Shown: one piece after another, positions 38,000 to 50,273 of the stretch
Layout of the letters: each line of letters begins with the position of its first letter
Position numbering within the stretch: the stretch's first letter is position 1
Source: Malacoraja senta
Lineage: Eukaryota
Direction of reading: 5' to 3'
NCBI GenBank assembly: GCA_038087875.1
Contig: CM075995.1
Location: 11,224,001-11,288,000, forward strand
Length of the DNA: 64,000 bases
Position numbers and translations under genes: made by a program
Notes under the pieces: generated by a model
Database searches by the model: none
Told to the model about the DNA's origin: nothing
Seen by the model: the letters and a program-made list of their open reading frames with translations, nothing else

Positions 38000-39411
38000 C
38001 ATTCACAGTCTGGTCAACGCCCCGTTCTTCCCCTGCGTCCTCGCCCTCTTGTTCACTTACCTCGGGGTTATTCTCGAGCCGTGCCGGCGGAATAACCCTT
38101 GTGCAATGATTAAGGTGGTATCATATGGATCAGCCCTCTACCTGAACTGCTGTAGGCGAGGCCTTAGTTACTGTGAATGGCCCTTCCCTTCTTGGTTCAT
38201 TCCATTTTCTTCGAAATGCTCGTACATAAACTTGGTCTCCGGGCTTAATTGGTCCTTCCTCCTGGTCTGCCGCTGGCTCCTTTTGCTTTTCCTGTGCATA
38301 AATAGACTTATGTATCATAGTTAGCTGTTGCATATATTGTTTACGTTCTACTTCTAATTGCTCCAAACTTGGTCCCTTATATGTACCTCTTCGTTTGGGT
38401 ACCGGCATGGGTCTGCCGGTCAGCATTTTGTGTGGTGTGAGGTGAGTCGTTCGATTAGTTTGCATACGGCAGCTCTTCAATGCCAATGGCAGGGCATCAA
38501 TCCAATTCAATTTTGTAGTGGCACAAATCTTGTTTAGTTTGGCTTTTAATGTCCCATTGAATCGATCAATTATTACCAAGAGGTATCGTTTGCCTTGTAC
38601 TGTTTTCAACATGTTCACATAGTCAATTACCAAGTGGGTAAATGGCCCCTTGTGATCGATAGGTGTTGTTATGCCCTTTCTGACATTGTTTTGTGCACAT
38701 ACCTCACACCGGGACAAAACGTGATCTACTGAAGCCTGTAGATAAGGTGACCAGAACCCATCTTTATTACCTTTCATATGACTTCCCCCCTTGCGCAATG
38801 GTCTAACCCATGTGCTTCTGAAATGAGAATGGTCAACAGGGGTGTAGGTGCCACTAACTGGCCTTCGTCGGTGGTCCACAAGCCGTCCGTGTTTGGCTTG
38901 GCTCCCCTCTGCCTCCACACCGTTTGTTCAGCCAGCATAGCCTGGCTCTGCATTTCAATGATATCCTCCTTTGTGGGTTCTAGGTCCAGGTTTACCTGAG
39001 GTGCAATTATGGCCGATTGGAATCCAGATGCTGTTTTAGCTGCTTCATCCGCTGCATGATTTCCCTTCGTAACTATGTCGTTGCCCTTTTTGTGCGCCTG
39101 ACATTTAACAATGGCTAATGCCCTAGGCTTTGTTAAGGCCTTTATCAGGTCGGAAATGTGTTGAAAATGTTGTATGGGATCCCCATTGCTTTTCTTGAAG
39201 CCAATTTGCTTCCATACTGCACCAAATAGATGGCAGACCCCATGTGCATAAGCCGCATCTGTGTAGATATCAACTTTTTCACCTTCCATCATTTCACATG
39301 CTGCTGCTAAAGCCTTAAGCTCTGCCAGTTGGGCTGAACAAGGTTGCTGACAAGCTTCCAATCTGATGGTCTGAAACCCTGTTTGGTCCTATTGCACCAC
39401 TGCAAATCCTG
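38000..39411 (-). pseudogene. pol: ERV-A pol 3' part (RNase H, integrase)
   Basis: SAQLAELKAL, IYTD, GNHAAD; zinc-finger C-EV-C; integrase core with deletion; stops and frameshifts. Confidence 0.9.
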
Positions 39412-42400
39412 CATAGAAACATAGAAACATAGAAAATAGGTGCAGGAGTAGGCCATTCGGCCCTTCGAGCCTGCACCGCCATTCAATATGATCATGGCTG
39501 ATCATCCAACTCAGTATCCCGTACCTGCCTTCTCTCCATACCCCCTGATCCCCTTAGCCACAAGGGCCACATCTAACTCCCTCTTAAATATAGCCAATGA
39601 ACTGGCCTCAACTACCCTCTGTGGCAGAGAGTTCCAGAGATTCACCACTCTCTGTGTGAAAAAGTTTTTCCTCATCTCGGTCTTAAAGGATTTCCCCCTT
39701 ATCCTTAAGCTGTGACCCCTTGTCCTGGACTTCCCCAACATCGGGAACAATCTTCCTGCATCTAGCCTGTCCAACCCCATAAGAATTTTGTACGTTTCTA
39801 TAAGATCCCCTCTCAATCTCCTAAATTCTAGCGAGTATAAGCCAAGTCTATCCAGTCTTTCTTCATATGAAAGTCCTGACATCCCAGGAATCAGTCTGGT
39901 GAACCTTCTCTGCACTCCCTCTATGGCTATAATGTCCTTCCTCAGATTTGGAGACCAAAACTGTACGCAATGCTCCAGGTGTGGTCTCACCAAGACCCTG
40001 TACAACTGCAGTAGAACCTCCCTGCTCCTATACTCAAATCCTCTTGCTATGAAGGCCAACATACCATTCGCTTTCTTCACTGCCTGCTGCACCTGCATGC
40101 CTACTTTCAATGACTGGTGTACCATGACACCCAGGTCTCGCTGCATCTCCCCATTTCCTAATCGGCCACCATTTAGATAATAGTCTGCCTTCCCGTTTTT
40201 GCCACCAAAGTGGATAACCTCACATTTATCCACATTATACTGCATCTGCCAAACATTTGCCCACTCACCCAGCCTATCCAAGTCACCTTGCAGTCTCCTA
40301 GCATCCTCCTCACAGCCAACACTGCCCCCCAGATTAGTGCCATCCGCAAACTTGGAGATGTTGCTTTCAATTCCCTCGTCCAGATCATTAATATAAATTG
40401 TAAATAGCTGGGGTCCCAGCACTGAGCCTTGCGGTACCCCACTAGTCACTGCCTGCCATTGTGAAAAGGACCCGTTTACTCCTACTCTTTGCTTCCTGTT
40501 TGCCAGCCAGGTCTCTATCCACATCAATACTGAACCCCCAATACCGTGTGATTTAAGTTTGTAGCCTAATCTCTTATGTGGTACCTTGTCGAAAGCCTTC
40601 TGAAAGTCCAGATACAACACATCCACTATCCACTCTACTAGTTACATCCTCGAAAAATTCTATAAGATTCGTCAGACACGATTTACCTTTCGTAAATCCA
40701 TGCTGACTTTGTCCAATGATTTCACCACTTTCCAAATGTGCTGCTATCCCATCTTTAATAACTGACTCTAGCAGTTTCCCCACTACCGATGTTAGACTAA
40801 CTGGTCTGTAATTCCCCGTTTTCTCGCTCCCTCCCTTCTTAAAAAGTGGGATTACGTTTGCTACCCTCCAATCCTCAGGAACTACTCCAGAATCTAAGGA
40901 GTTTTGAAAAATTATCATTAATGCATCCACTATTTCTGGAGCTACTTCCTTAAGTACTCTGGGATGCAGCCTATCTGGCCCTGGTGATTTATCGGCCTTT
41001 AATCCATTCAATTTACCCAACACCACTTCCCGACTAACCTGGATTTCACTCAGTTCCTCCATCTCCTTTGACCCACGGCCCCCTGCTATTTCCGGCAGAT
41101 TATTTATGTCTTCCTTAGTGAAGACGGAACCAAAGTAGTTATTCAATTGGTCCGCCATATCCTTGTTCCCCATGATCAATTCACCCGATTCTGACTGCAA
41201 GGGACCTACATTTGTTTTAACTAATCTCTTTCTCTTCACATATCTATAAAAACTCTTGCAGTCAGTTTTTATGTTCCCTGCCAGTTTCCTTTCAGAATCT
41301 ATTTTCCCGTTCCTAATTAAGCCCTTTGTCCTCCTCTGTTGGTCTCTGAATTTCTCCCATGCTGCTTTTTCTGGCTAATTTGTACGCATCATCTTTTGCT
41401 TTGATACTATCCCTGATTTCCCTTGTTATCCACGGATGCACTACCTTCCCTGATTTATTCTATTGCCAAACTGGGATGAACAATTTTTGTAGTTTATCCA
41501 TGCAGTCTTGAAATGCCTTCCATTGCATATCCACCGTCAACCCTTTTAGAACTAATTGCCAGTCAATCTTGGCCAATTCATGTCTCATACCCTCAAAGTT
41601 ACCTTTCTTTAAGTTCAGAACCGTTCTGAATAAATCTAAAGTATTGGGGGGTCTAGCACTACCTAATTTTATGTATTATTATTGGTCAGTAAATATTAAA
41701 AACATGATTCAACTGATGGATAACTCCGCCCAGCAAGTAGACTGGATTGTAATGGAGAAAGAGGATTGCTCCTCTAGAAACATTGGAGCGATCCTCCTCT
41801 CTCCAATGAAATTGAATAACATAAACTATAATAAGAACCCAATTATTCATAGTACAATCCGTATTTGGAAACAAATAAAACAAAATTTAAAATTAAGAAA
41901 CTTATCACTTTTATTACCTATAGTCAATAACCCTTCGTTTAGTCCTTCTATTATAGATAAAGTTTATACACAATGGGATAGACTAGGAATTAAAACGCTT
42001 GGTGACTTGTATGAAACTGGAAAATTACTTTCATTTCAACAATTACAAATAAAATATAAACTCGGAAATAATCAATATTTTAAATACTTTCAAATATGCG
42101 ACTATTTGAAAAAATATATAAAAGATCATCATAATAACCCAGCAGATGTACTGGACGAGGCAATGCAGATAAAAGCGGAATCAGCAAACTTAATATCATA
42201 TTTGTACAATATTATCTTAAATGCACAAATACCATCTACGGAGGGTATCAGAAGAGACTGGGAACAAGAGTTAGCTATTAAAATTTCAAAGGAAAGTTGG
42301 AATGAATACTTATTAAAAGTGCATAAATGCTCGATTAATGTAAGACACACTTTAATACAATTTAAAATTTTACATAGATTATATTATTCGAAAACTAAAA

Positions 42401-43915
42401 TTCATAAAATTTTCCCAAACGTATCATCTATTTGTGATAAATGTCAATCCCAAGAAGCAACTATAGCGCACTCATTTGTCTTCTGTACAAAAATTCAAAA
42501 ATTTTGGAATGAAATTTTTGAAATCTTTACAAAGTTATTTAAAACAAGACTGATACCCAAAGCAGAATGGATTATCTTCGGAATAACGGAAGATGATCCA
42601 GAACTAAATGTGTTTCAAAAGAAATTAATGGATTATGGGTTAATAACTGGAAAAAAGCTCATTCTAAAATTTTGGAAGAAGGCTCCAATACCAACTATAA
42701 ATATGTGGATTTCAAATATGTTTGAAACATTACACCTTGAAGAGATAAGACTCCTCCTAGCAGGTAAACCAGATCACTTCCACCTGACGTGGTCTGCATT
42801 TATAGAATTATTACAAACATAGGGTGCAAAAGTACTTTAAAAAAATAAAAAATGAGGTCGGGTAAGGGGGGATGATAGTTGAAGAGTTGGTATGTCCTAT
42901 TTACGTGATGCTCAAAAAAAAAAACATTTGTTTCTCTTTTTTTCTCTTTCTCTTTTCTTTTCTTAGGGCCTATTTCTTAACTCTTTTTCTTTTTGTTTTT
43001 AATTTCGCTCTTATAGGGTCTTCGTCCTTTTTTGTTGTTACATTTTCTACACTTTTCTACACTTGCACTTTTTCCTTCACTTTCTTCTCTCTTTCAATCT
43101 TTTCTTTCTCTAGTGTAAAAAAATAAATAAAGGGAGTACATTAATTGTAAGAAGATATAAATGACGAGTATTAATGTATGTGGTTGTAATGTAATGTACT
43201 TCTAATAAATAAAAATTAAAAAAAAAAAAAAAAAACTCTTGCCCAAGGGGGCACGCACAACAAGACTGCTAACTAACCCGTCCTCATTACTCAATACCCA
43301 GTCTAGAATACCCTGCTCTCTCATTGGTTCCTCTACATGTTGGTTCAGAAAGCTATCCCGCATACATTCCAAGAAATCCTCTTCCTCAGCACCCCTGCCA
43401 ATTTGATTCACCCAATCTATATGTAGATTGAAGTCACCCATTATAACTGTTTTGCCTTTGTTGCACGCATTTCTAATTTCGTGTTTGATGCCATCCCCAA
43501 CTTCACTACTACTGCTAGGTGGCCTGTACACAACACCCACCAGCGTTTTCTGCCCCTTAGTGTTTCGCAGCTCTACCCATACCGATTCCACATCCTCCAA
43601 GCTAATGTCCTTCCTTTCCACTGCGTTAATCTCCTCTCTAACCAGCAACGCTACCCCACCTCCTTTTCCTTTCTCTCTATCCCTCCTGAATATTGAATAT
43701 CCCTGGATGTTCAGCTCCCAGCCTTGGTCACCCTGGAGCCATGTCACCGTGATCCCAACTATATCATAATCATTAATTGCTATCTGCACGTTCAACTCAT
43801 CCACCTTATTACGAATGCTCCTTGCATTGAGACACAAAGCCTTCAGGCTTGTTTTTACAATGCTCTTACCCCGTATACAATTATGTTGAAAAGTGGCTCT
43901 TTTTGATTTTTGCCC
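39412..43915 (-). mobile_element. CR1 LINE (all of ORF2) inserted in ERV-A RNase H, itself split by L1
   Basis: RT ORFs 39511-41239, endonuclease LCLNARSIRNK; ERV FVDGSCYRDHDG and AGFAVV flank the two ends. Confidence 0.95.
41623..43235 (+). mobile_element. L1-clade LINE 3' fragment
   Basis: ORF2 C-terminus GGLALPNF..CDKC..H..VFC, T-rich 3'UTR, AATAAA and poly(A); ~60 bp of host CR1 missing at the site. Confidence 0.9.
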
Positions 43916-46379
43916 ATCATGGTCCCGATAGCATGACCCATCTACAAACAGGACTTTTTTATCCTCATCATTCAATGGTTCGGAATGTAAATCCGCTCTT
44001 AATTTAGAAAGTACCGTAGTTTGACCTACGCAGTCATGGGGCTCCCCCTCATGACCAAGCGGGACATAGTTGCTCGTAGTACATCTTTGTATGGTGATAT
44101 CTGGGAATGTCAATAGCATCTGATACACTGTTATCCTAGCCGGTGTAAGTACAAACTTTCCTTTTTCCAACAGCTCTGCTACTTTATGGTGAGTATATAT
44201 GATCACAGGATATCCCATCGTCACAGACGATGCTTTCTCATAAGCATAGTACACCGCAGCCAGTCCCTGATAGCAGGGCGGATAACCCTGAGCCACCTCA
44301 TCCAATTTTGTATTATAATAGGCAACGGGTTGCTTTGCCTTTCCGACACCCGTTTCCTGTGTCAATACTGCTGCAGCATACCCCTCCTGCCTGTTGGAAA
44401 CATACAGATGAAATTTTTCATAATTAGGCAGGGCCAAGGCCGAAGCCAACTGTAACTCCTGCTTAATCGTGTTAAAAGCCATTTCTGCCTCATCATTCCA
44501 CTGCAGAACATTCTTTAGGCTTGTTTGTCCTGCTTCCTTCATTATCTTCCTTAATGGCATAACAATTTCAGCATACTCTCCAATCCAGTCCGAACTGTAT
44601 CCTGCCATTCCTAAAAACATCATCATCTGTCTTACTGTCCGAGGCTTGGGAGCTTTGATTATTGCCTCTAATAGGTTCGGCGCTATAGTTTTTATTCCTT
44701 TGGAGATTAATCGTCCAAAGTATTCTACCTGCTGCACACAAAACTGCAACTATTTCCTGGACACTTTATGGCCTCTGCACGCCAGCCTCTCTAGAAGAGT
44801 CATGGTATCCTGCTCACATTGCTCCTCAGTTTCAGAGCAAATCAACAAATCATCCACATACTGTATTAGCGTACTGTCTAAGGATATGCCTTCCAAATCC
44901 GCCTTTAGTACCTGATTGAAAACATGGGGCGAGTGTTTGAATCCCTGCAGCATCCTAGTGTAAGTGTATTGAGTACCCCTATAGGTAAAAGCAAACAAAT
45001 ACTGGCACTGGTCTGCTAAGGGCACACTGAAGAACGCTGAACACAGATCTATCACTGCAAAGTAAGCTGCCTCCGGTGGAACATTGGTCAGTAGTGTGTG
45101 CGGATTTGGAACCACCACTGGCCAATCCCTCACCACCTCGTTCACTGCTCGCAGATCATGTACTAGTCTCCACCTTGACTTGTCTGCCTTTAAAACTGGT
45201 AACAGTGGAGTGTTGCAGGGACTACGAGTTTTGATAAGTACTCCTGCCTCCACCAGACCCTGTATAGTTGGTGCTATGCCGTCCTCTGCCTCTGGCTTCA
45301 GAGGGTACTGCGGTCTCCGGGGTGAAACTGCTCCTTGTTTTAATCTTATCTCTACCGGACTTGCAGACTTTGCAGACTAATTTACCATTCCCACATCTGT
45401 GTCATGTTGTGACCACAAGCCAGATGGCAACTCGTTTAGCCTTTCCTCCTTTGCCTGACCTGCTGTTTTCAACACAGGGAGCTGTTGCTGGGGGTTAATT
45501 TCGACCTCTTTCATCATGCCCACCATATCTATATTGACTATTATCTTGATGTAATTATTGTCTTCAGACATCCATACTTTTGGAGCAATCCTTCTCCAGT
45601 TTCTAACAGTGCCTGCTTGTTTCACCAGGGGTCCCAATTCCCTGGACTGATATCCCTTATTTACAAGCAATGTCACGTGGTGTGCAGCCCCCACCACCCT
45701 GTACCATTTCTCCAGGAAGGTGTCCCATTCAATCTGCAAGGCTGCCCCTTGTTTTCCAATTATTATTGCTTCTGCTCTCAAGTGGTGCTGGCCACACGTC
45801 CCTGTACGCCACATTCTCTCCTGCTCTACATCCTGGGTTTTGTCAAAATGTATCATACAGTGCAGCTCAGACTTGGGCGGGGTTGCTTTGGGTAATATGG
45901 TTAGTACTCCCTTCTCCCACTTGTTCCATGTTTCCCAGATTTGATCTTCTATGTCCGCTATCCAAACTACGTTAGCTTTTCTAGCTTCCCGCATTATCTT
46001 TTGGGCACTCGACCTTTCCACACTCAGACCATTTCTGGTGCATTCCAATTTTAGTTCCAGTTTCAGCAGGGCGTCGCTACCTAACAAATTAATGGGAGTT
46101 CCTTGGCAATACTATCTCTTTGTTACTCATCTTTAAACTCACGGGGGTCGTGCATCGTGTTAGCTGTGTTTTTCCCGAGAACCCTACAGTTTAAACACAT
46201 TTTCCTGACATGGGAAGGTGGGAGGCATACCGTGGCTGCACACAAGTATATGTAGCTCCAGTGTCTATCATCATGGGTGTTAACTGTCCCCCCAAAATTA
46301 CCTGAACCATGGGTTCTTCTTCTGCCTCTCGGGTTATCATTGGGTAGTGTCCCTTCCCATCCGGGTTCTCTGGGCACCC
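43916..46379 (-). pseudogene. pol: ERV-A pol 5' part (protease, RT, connection)
   Basis: MIDTGATYTC protease; SPCNTPLLPV, IDLCSAFFS, QGFKHSP, QYVDDLL; frameshifts. Confidence 0.92.
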
Positions 46380-46789
46380 CTAATATCTAACATAGCGGTT
46401 CATGGGTCCAGCCGGGCTTCCAGTCGGGCCCGCTGCGGCCGTCCCTGGGGCGAGGTATTGTTCACCCTCCATTGGTACTTGTTGGTATGGTCTGGGCCAT
46501 GGACGGTTCGGACAGTCCCTTCTCACATGCCCTACCTGACCACATCCCCAGCACACCATATCAACTACCTGTTTCCTTACTGGCCTCCCTCGTCCCCCTC
46601 CTTGTAATCCTCCCCCTTGGGGGCCCCAGTCCTGTCTGGGCTGGTTTCCTGATTTATCTCGTCCCTGATAGGGCATTTGAGGAAACGTTCCCCCAAAGAC
46701 ATTTATTATTGGCATAGGATTTTCTGGCCCTTGTCTGGGTCTGGCATAGGACTCACTACGTGTTGGTACATCACTCATTTCAGCTGTTT

Positions 46790-47243
46790 CATAGATACAT
46801 AGATACATAGAAAATAGGTGCAGGAGTAGGCCATTCGGCCCTTCGAGCCTGCACCGCCATTCAATATGATCATGGCTGATCATCCAACTCAGTATCCCGT
46901 ACCTGCCTTCGCTCCATACCCCCTGATCCCTTTAGCTACAAGGGCCACATCTAACTCCCTCTTAAATATAGCCAATGAACTGGCCTCAACTACCCTCTGT
47001 GGCAGAGAGTTCCAGAGATTCACCACTCTCTGTGTGAAAAAGTTTTTCCTCATCTCGGTCTTAAAGGATTTCCCCCTTATCCTTAAGCTGTGACCCCTTG
47101 TCCTGGACTTCCCCAACATCGGGAACAATCTTCCTGCATCTAGCCTGTCCAACCCCATAAGAATTTTGTACGTTTCTATAAGATCCCCTCTCAATCTCCT
47201 AAATTCTAGCGAGTATAAGCCAAGAATTCTAGCGAGTATAAGC
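46790..47243 (-). mobile_element. CR1 3' fragment (CR1a) in gag
   Basis: (catagata)n tail; short tandem duplication at its 5' junction. Confidence 0.95.
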
Positions 47244-47348
47244 AAGTTTCAGCCGTCTCTGTTGTTACGGCGAGAATTTTCTTTCCTTTTCACGCTCTTT
47301 CCTTTTTAGTTCATCAAGTTGCATTTGTACCAGTTTTCTTTGCACCTT

Positions 47349-47856
47349 TGCACATCGGTGAGACCAAGCGGAGGCTTGGCGATCGTTTCGCCGAACACCT
47401 CCGGTCGGTCCGCAATAACCAACCTGAACTCCCGGTGGCTCAGCACTTCAACTCCCCCTCCCATTCCGTATCTGACCTCTCTGTCCTGGGTCTCCTCCAT
47501 GGCCACAGCGAGCAACACTGTAAATTGGAGGAAATGCACCTCATATTCCGCTTGGGCAGTCTACATCCTGGTGGCCTGAACATTGAATTCTCCCAATTCT
47601 GCTAGCCCTTGCTGTCCCCTCCCCTTCATCAGCCATCTGGTTGTCTCCTCCCCTCCCCCAGCCCTCGGGCTCCTCCTCCACCTTTTTCCTTTTTTCCTTT
47701 CTTCTCCCCACCCCCTATCAGTCTGAAGAAGGGTTTCGGCCCGAAACGTTGCCTATTTCCTTCGCTCCATAGATGCTGCTGCACCCGCTGAGTTTCTCCA
47801 GCATTTTTGTGTACCTTCGATTTTCCAGCATCTGCAGTTCCTTCTTTAACACTTAA
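47349..47856 (+). mobile_element. Penelope 3' fragment
   Basis: HIGETKRRLGDRFAEHL; 13-bp TSD ttctttgcacctt at 47336-47348 / 47857-47869; empty site in the sister copy near 50823. Confidence 0.93.
47723..47750 (+). ncRNA. Minimal hammerhead-ribozyme-like core
   Basis: CTGAAGA-a-GGG-tttcgg-CCC-GAAACGTT; stem I pairing poor. Confidence 0.45.
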
Positions 47857-50273
47857 TTCTTTGCACCTTCTCCTGCTGGTCTGTCAGTCTTTTCTTATCT
47901 TTGTGATATTTGTCGACTGCATGGACCAAGTAGTCCCTGAACTGGACGTGGGGTATAGTTGACAATCTCACCACCTCCTCCAGCCTGGACTTTACTTGAG
48001 AGGGCATGGCATCCACAACAGCAGCTCATTGCCGTCTATTCCTTGTTCGGTTTCAAGTCTCCACTTTTTCAACTGACCCTCTAGATACGCTGCTGGGTTC
48101 TCTGTGTCCCCCAGTGAGTCCCCCTTTAATGCATTGGGGTCCACTTTAAGCGGGTAACTGTACCTGAGGCCCTGCCATACCACCTGCCTGACTTGGTCAA
48201 ATGGTTGGCCGTCAACCAGTGGATTATTCGCTACGTCTTTTACACCTGCCTTTTCCAGGAGTTCCGCCAGTTTCGTGGTTCCTATTACTTTCACCAGTAG
48301 TGCCTTCAAATCTCCCATAGCCAATAGTCGTCCTGTGGTTTCCTCCTCAAAGGCCCTTATCCATTTTCCTGCCCCATCATATATGTTAGGCAGATATGTT
48401 TTTCAGCCCTTCGAGGTCCTGTGTCCCCCAAGGAACATACTGTGTCTGTCCTGCTCACAAGCAACGGCATCACTCTACTCTCCCGCACCTGTCTTGTTTC
48501 TACTTCCCACTCTGGGGATTCTATTTGTAAACTTTGCCATGCTAATCTTTCTCGGGCCGCTTCTCTTCTCTCCTTCTCTAGGCGTGCTCCCAATTTCTTT
48601 AATCTAATCTCCAACTGATCCATGGACTCCTTTATCCTTCTTCTATGCTCCCTTTCTTCCATATCTCTCTTATCGCTTTCCGATTCTGATTTTACTTCGG
48701 AGTCACGTGAGTGATTCTGTGAAGAAGCCCCGCCAGTGCGCATGCGTGTCATATCGTCGTTCGCATTGCGAAGCACCGGACTGGCAGGGCATCGCTCCTG
48801 CCGGCGGTAAGTTTAAAACTTCAGGTAAGTTTTATATCACTTACCAGGTTTTGAATTTCTTGCAGGAACCTCTTTTCACAGAGGTATCCTGCTAGAAATT
48901 GGGCGAATTCCGGCGAGTGAACCGGCTATGGGCTGTGGGGAGACGCCTAGGACAGGGCTGCTTACTGTGTGACAGTGCAGGCCTGTACGAGAGGCCGTGC
49001 CAGCAGCACCTGGGACAGGGCTGCTTAATGTCTCCCTGTTGGAGGGGGAGACCATCACGGGTCAGTGTCCTGCTGACGCCGAATCTGTCACAGCGCCGGC
49101 CTACGGGAGAGCCCACGCCAGCAGAGCCTGGGACAGGGATGCTAATGTGTGACAGCGCCGGCCTGGAGAAGAGGTCGTGCCAGCAGTGCCTGGGACAGGG
49201 CTGCTTAATGTCTCCCTCTTTGAAGAGGAGAGCATGCCGGGTCAGTGTAATTCTGACGCCGAGGCTGAGGGTATAGCCGTGGAGCATACCCCAAGGCATG
49301 AAGGGCACGTGTCAGAGGTATCATTTCCTGACAACAAAGTTTGCCATCCCAACAGAATGTTCCATCCTGGTATAGGGCCATTGGGGGCCGTATCAGCGCA
49401 GGTATCCCAGGGGCCTGTGTCAGCACCTGTTTAGGGCTGCCTATGAATCGCCCTCTCTAAGGAGGTGAGCGCGAAAGGTCAGATGTGACTTCAGATTCTA
49501 AAGATGTCCATGGAACATACTGGAGCACATGTGTGCCGGCAGTGAACAGCGCTATCAGGGGGATATAAGAGACAGCCGCCGAATCTTCTATTCAGGTAAG
49601 GTCTATTCAACAGCAAAAACCTGGGACGAAGCAAAAGCTGTCGGACCAATCAAGACCAAAGGCGGGCAAAGGTTCATCGGTTCAGAACGTACCCCATGCC
49701 TTCATCGGCAGTCAGCGGTTCACTGAAGCTGGTGGCAGCATGACAGCTGGGCAGAGGTTCCACGCACCCTACCAGTCCTACTCAACAAGGTAGGTCTGGC
49801 AATTCCGAAACATGGGTAAGTGGCTACTCACAAGTTGGTAATAGTTACACTTGTTTGTACAGCACACAAAGGATAAAGGCATTGTCATCTGCTTAGAGGC
49901 ATCTAACCATGTAAAACAGCACAATACTAGCATTCCAAGCAAGTTTGGAATTAGGGCCAGAATTGTAGTTTTCAAGACAGGCTCGGAAATCGGGCCAGAG
50001 TTATCGTGCGAAGCACCCAGAGAGTGAAAAATGGAGAATGTCGTTTAACTCGCATATGAACTTTCTTTACTGACTAACAACGGATTCATAAGGGTCTCAA
50101 AGATCCATTCTATGCAGTTCCCATTACAGGGATCATCGGAGACATTGGAAATTATCAAAAATTATCAAAAATATAACTGTACTAATAACAATAAAACATT
50201 GCAAATTGGGATAAACTATTTCCCCAGGTTATTTAACTAATTAGTAAAATCGGTGTTTGGACTCAGAGTTCAA

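Larger units (their letters stand above)
46380..48776 (-). pseudogene. gag: ERV-A gag, copy 1 (interrupted by CR1 and Penelope)
   Basis: GRLLAMGDLKALL capsid region; NC knuckle CWGCGQVGHVRRDC; amber stop 46382-46380. Confidence 0.88.

Noticed and set aside
41569..42822. 417-aa ORF as a novel gene
   Set aside because: L1 ORF2 C-terminus read through from antisense CR1 sequence.
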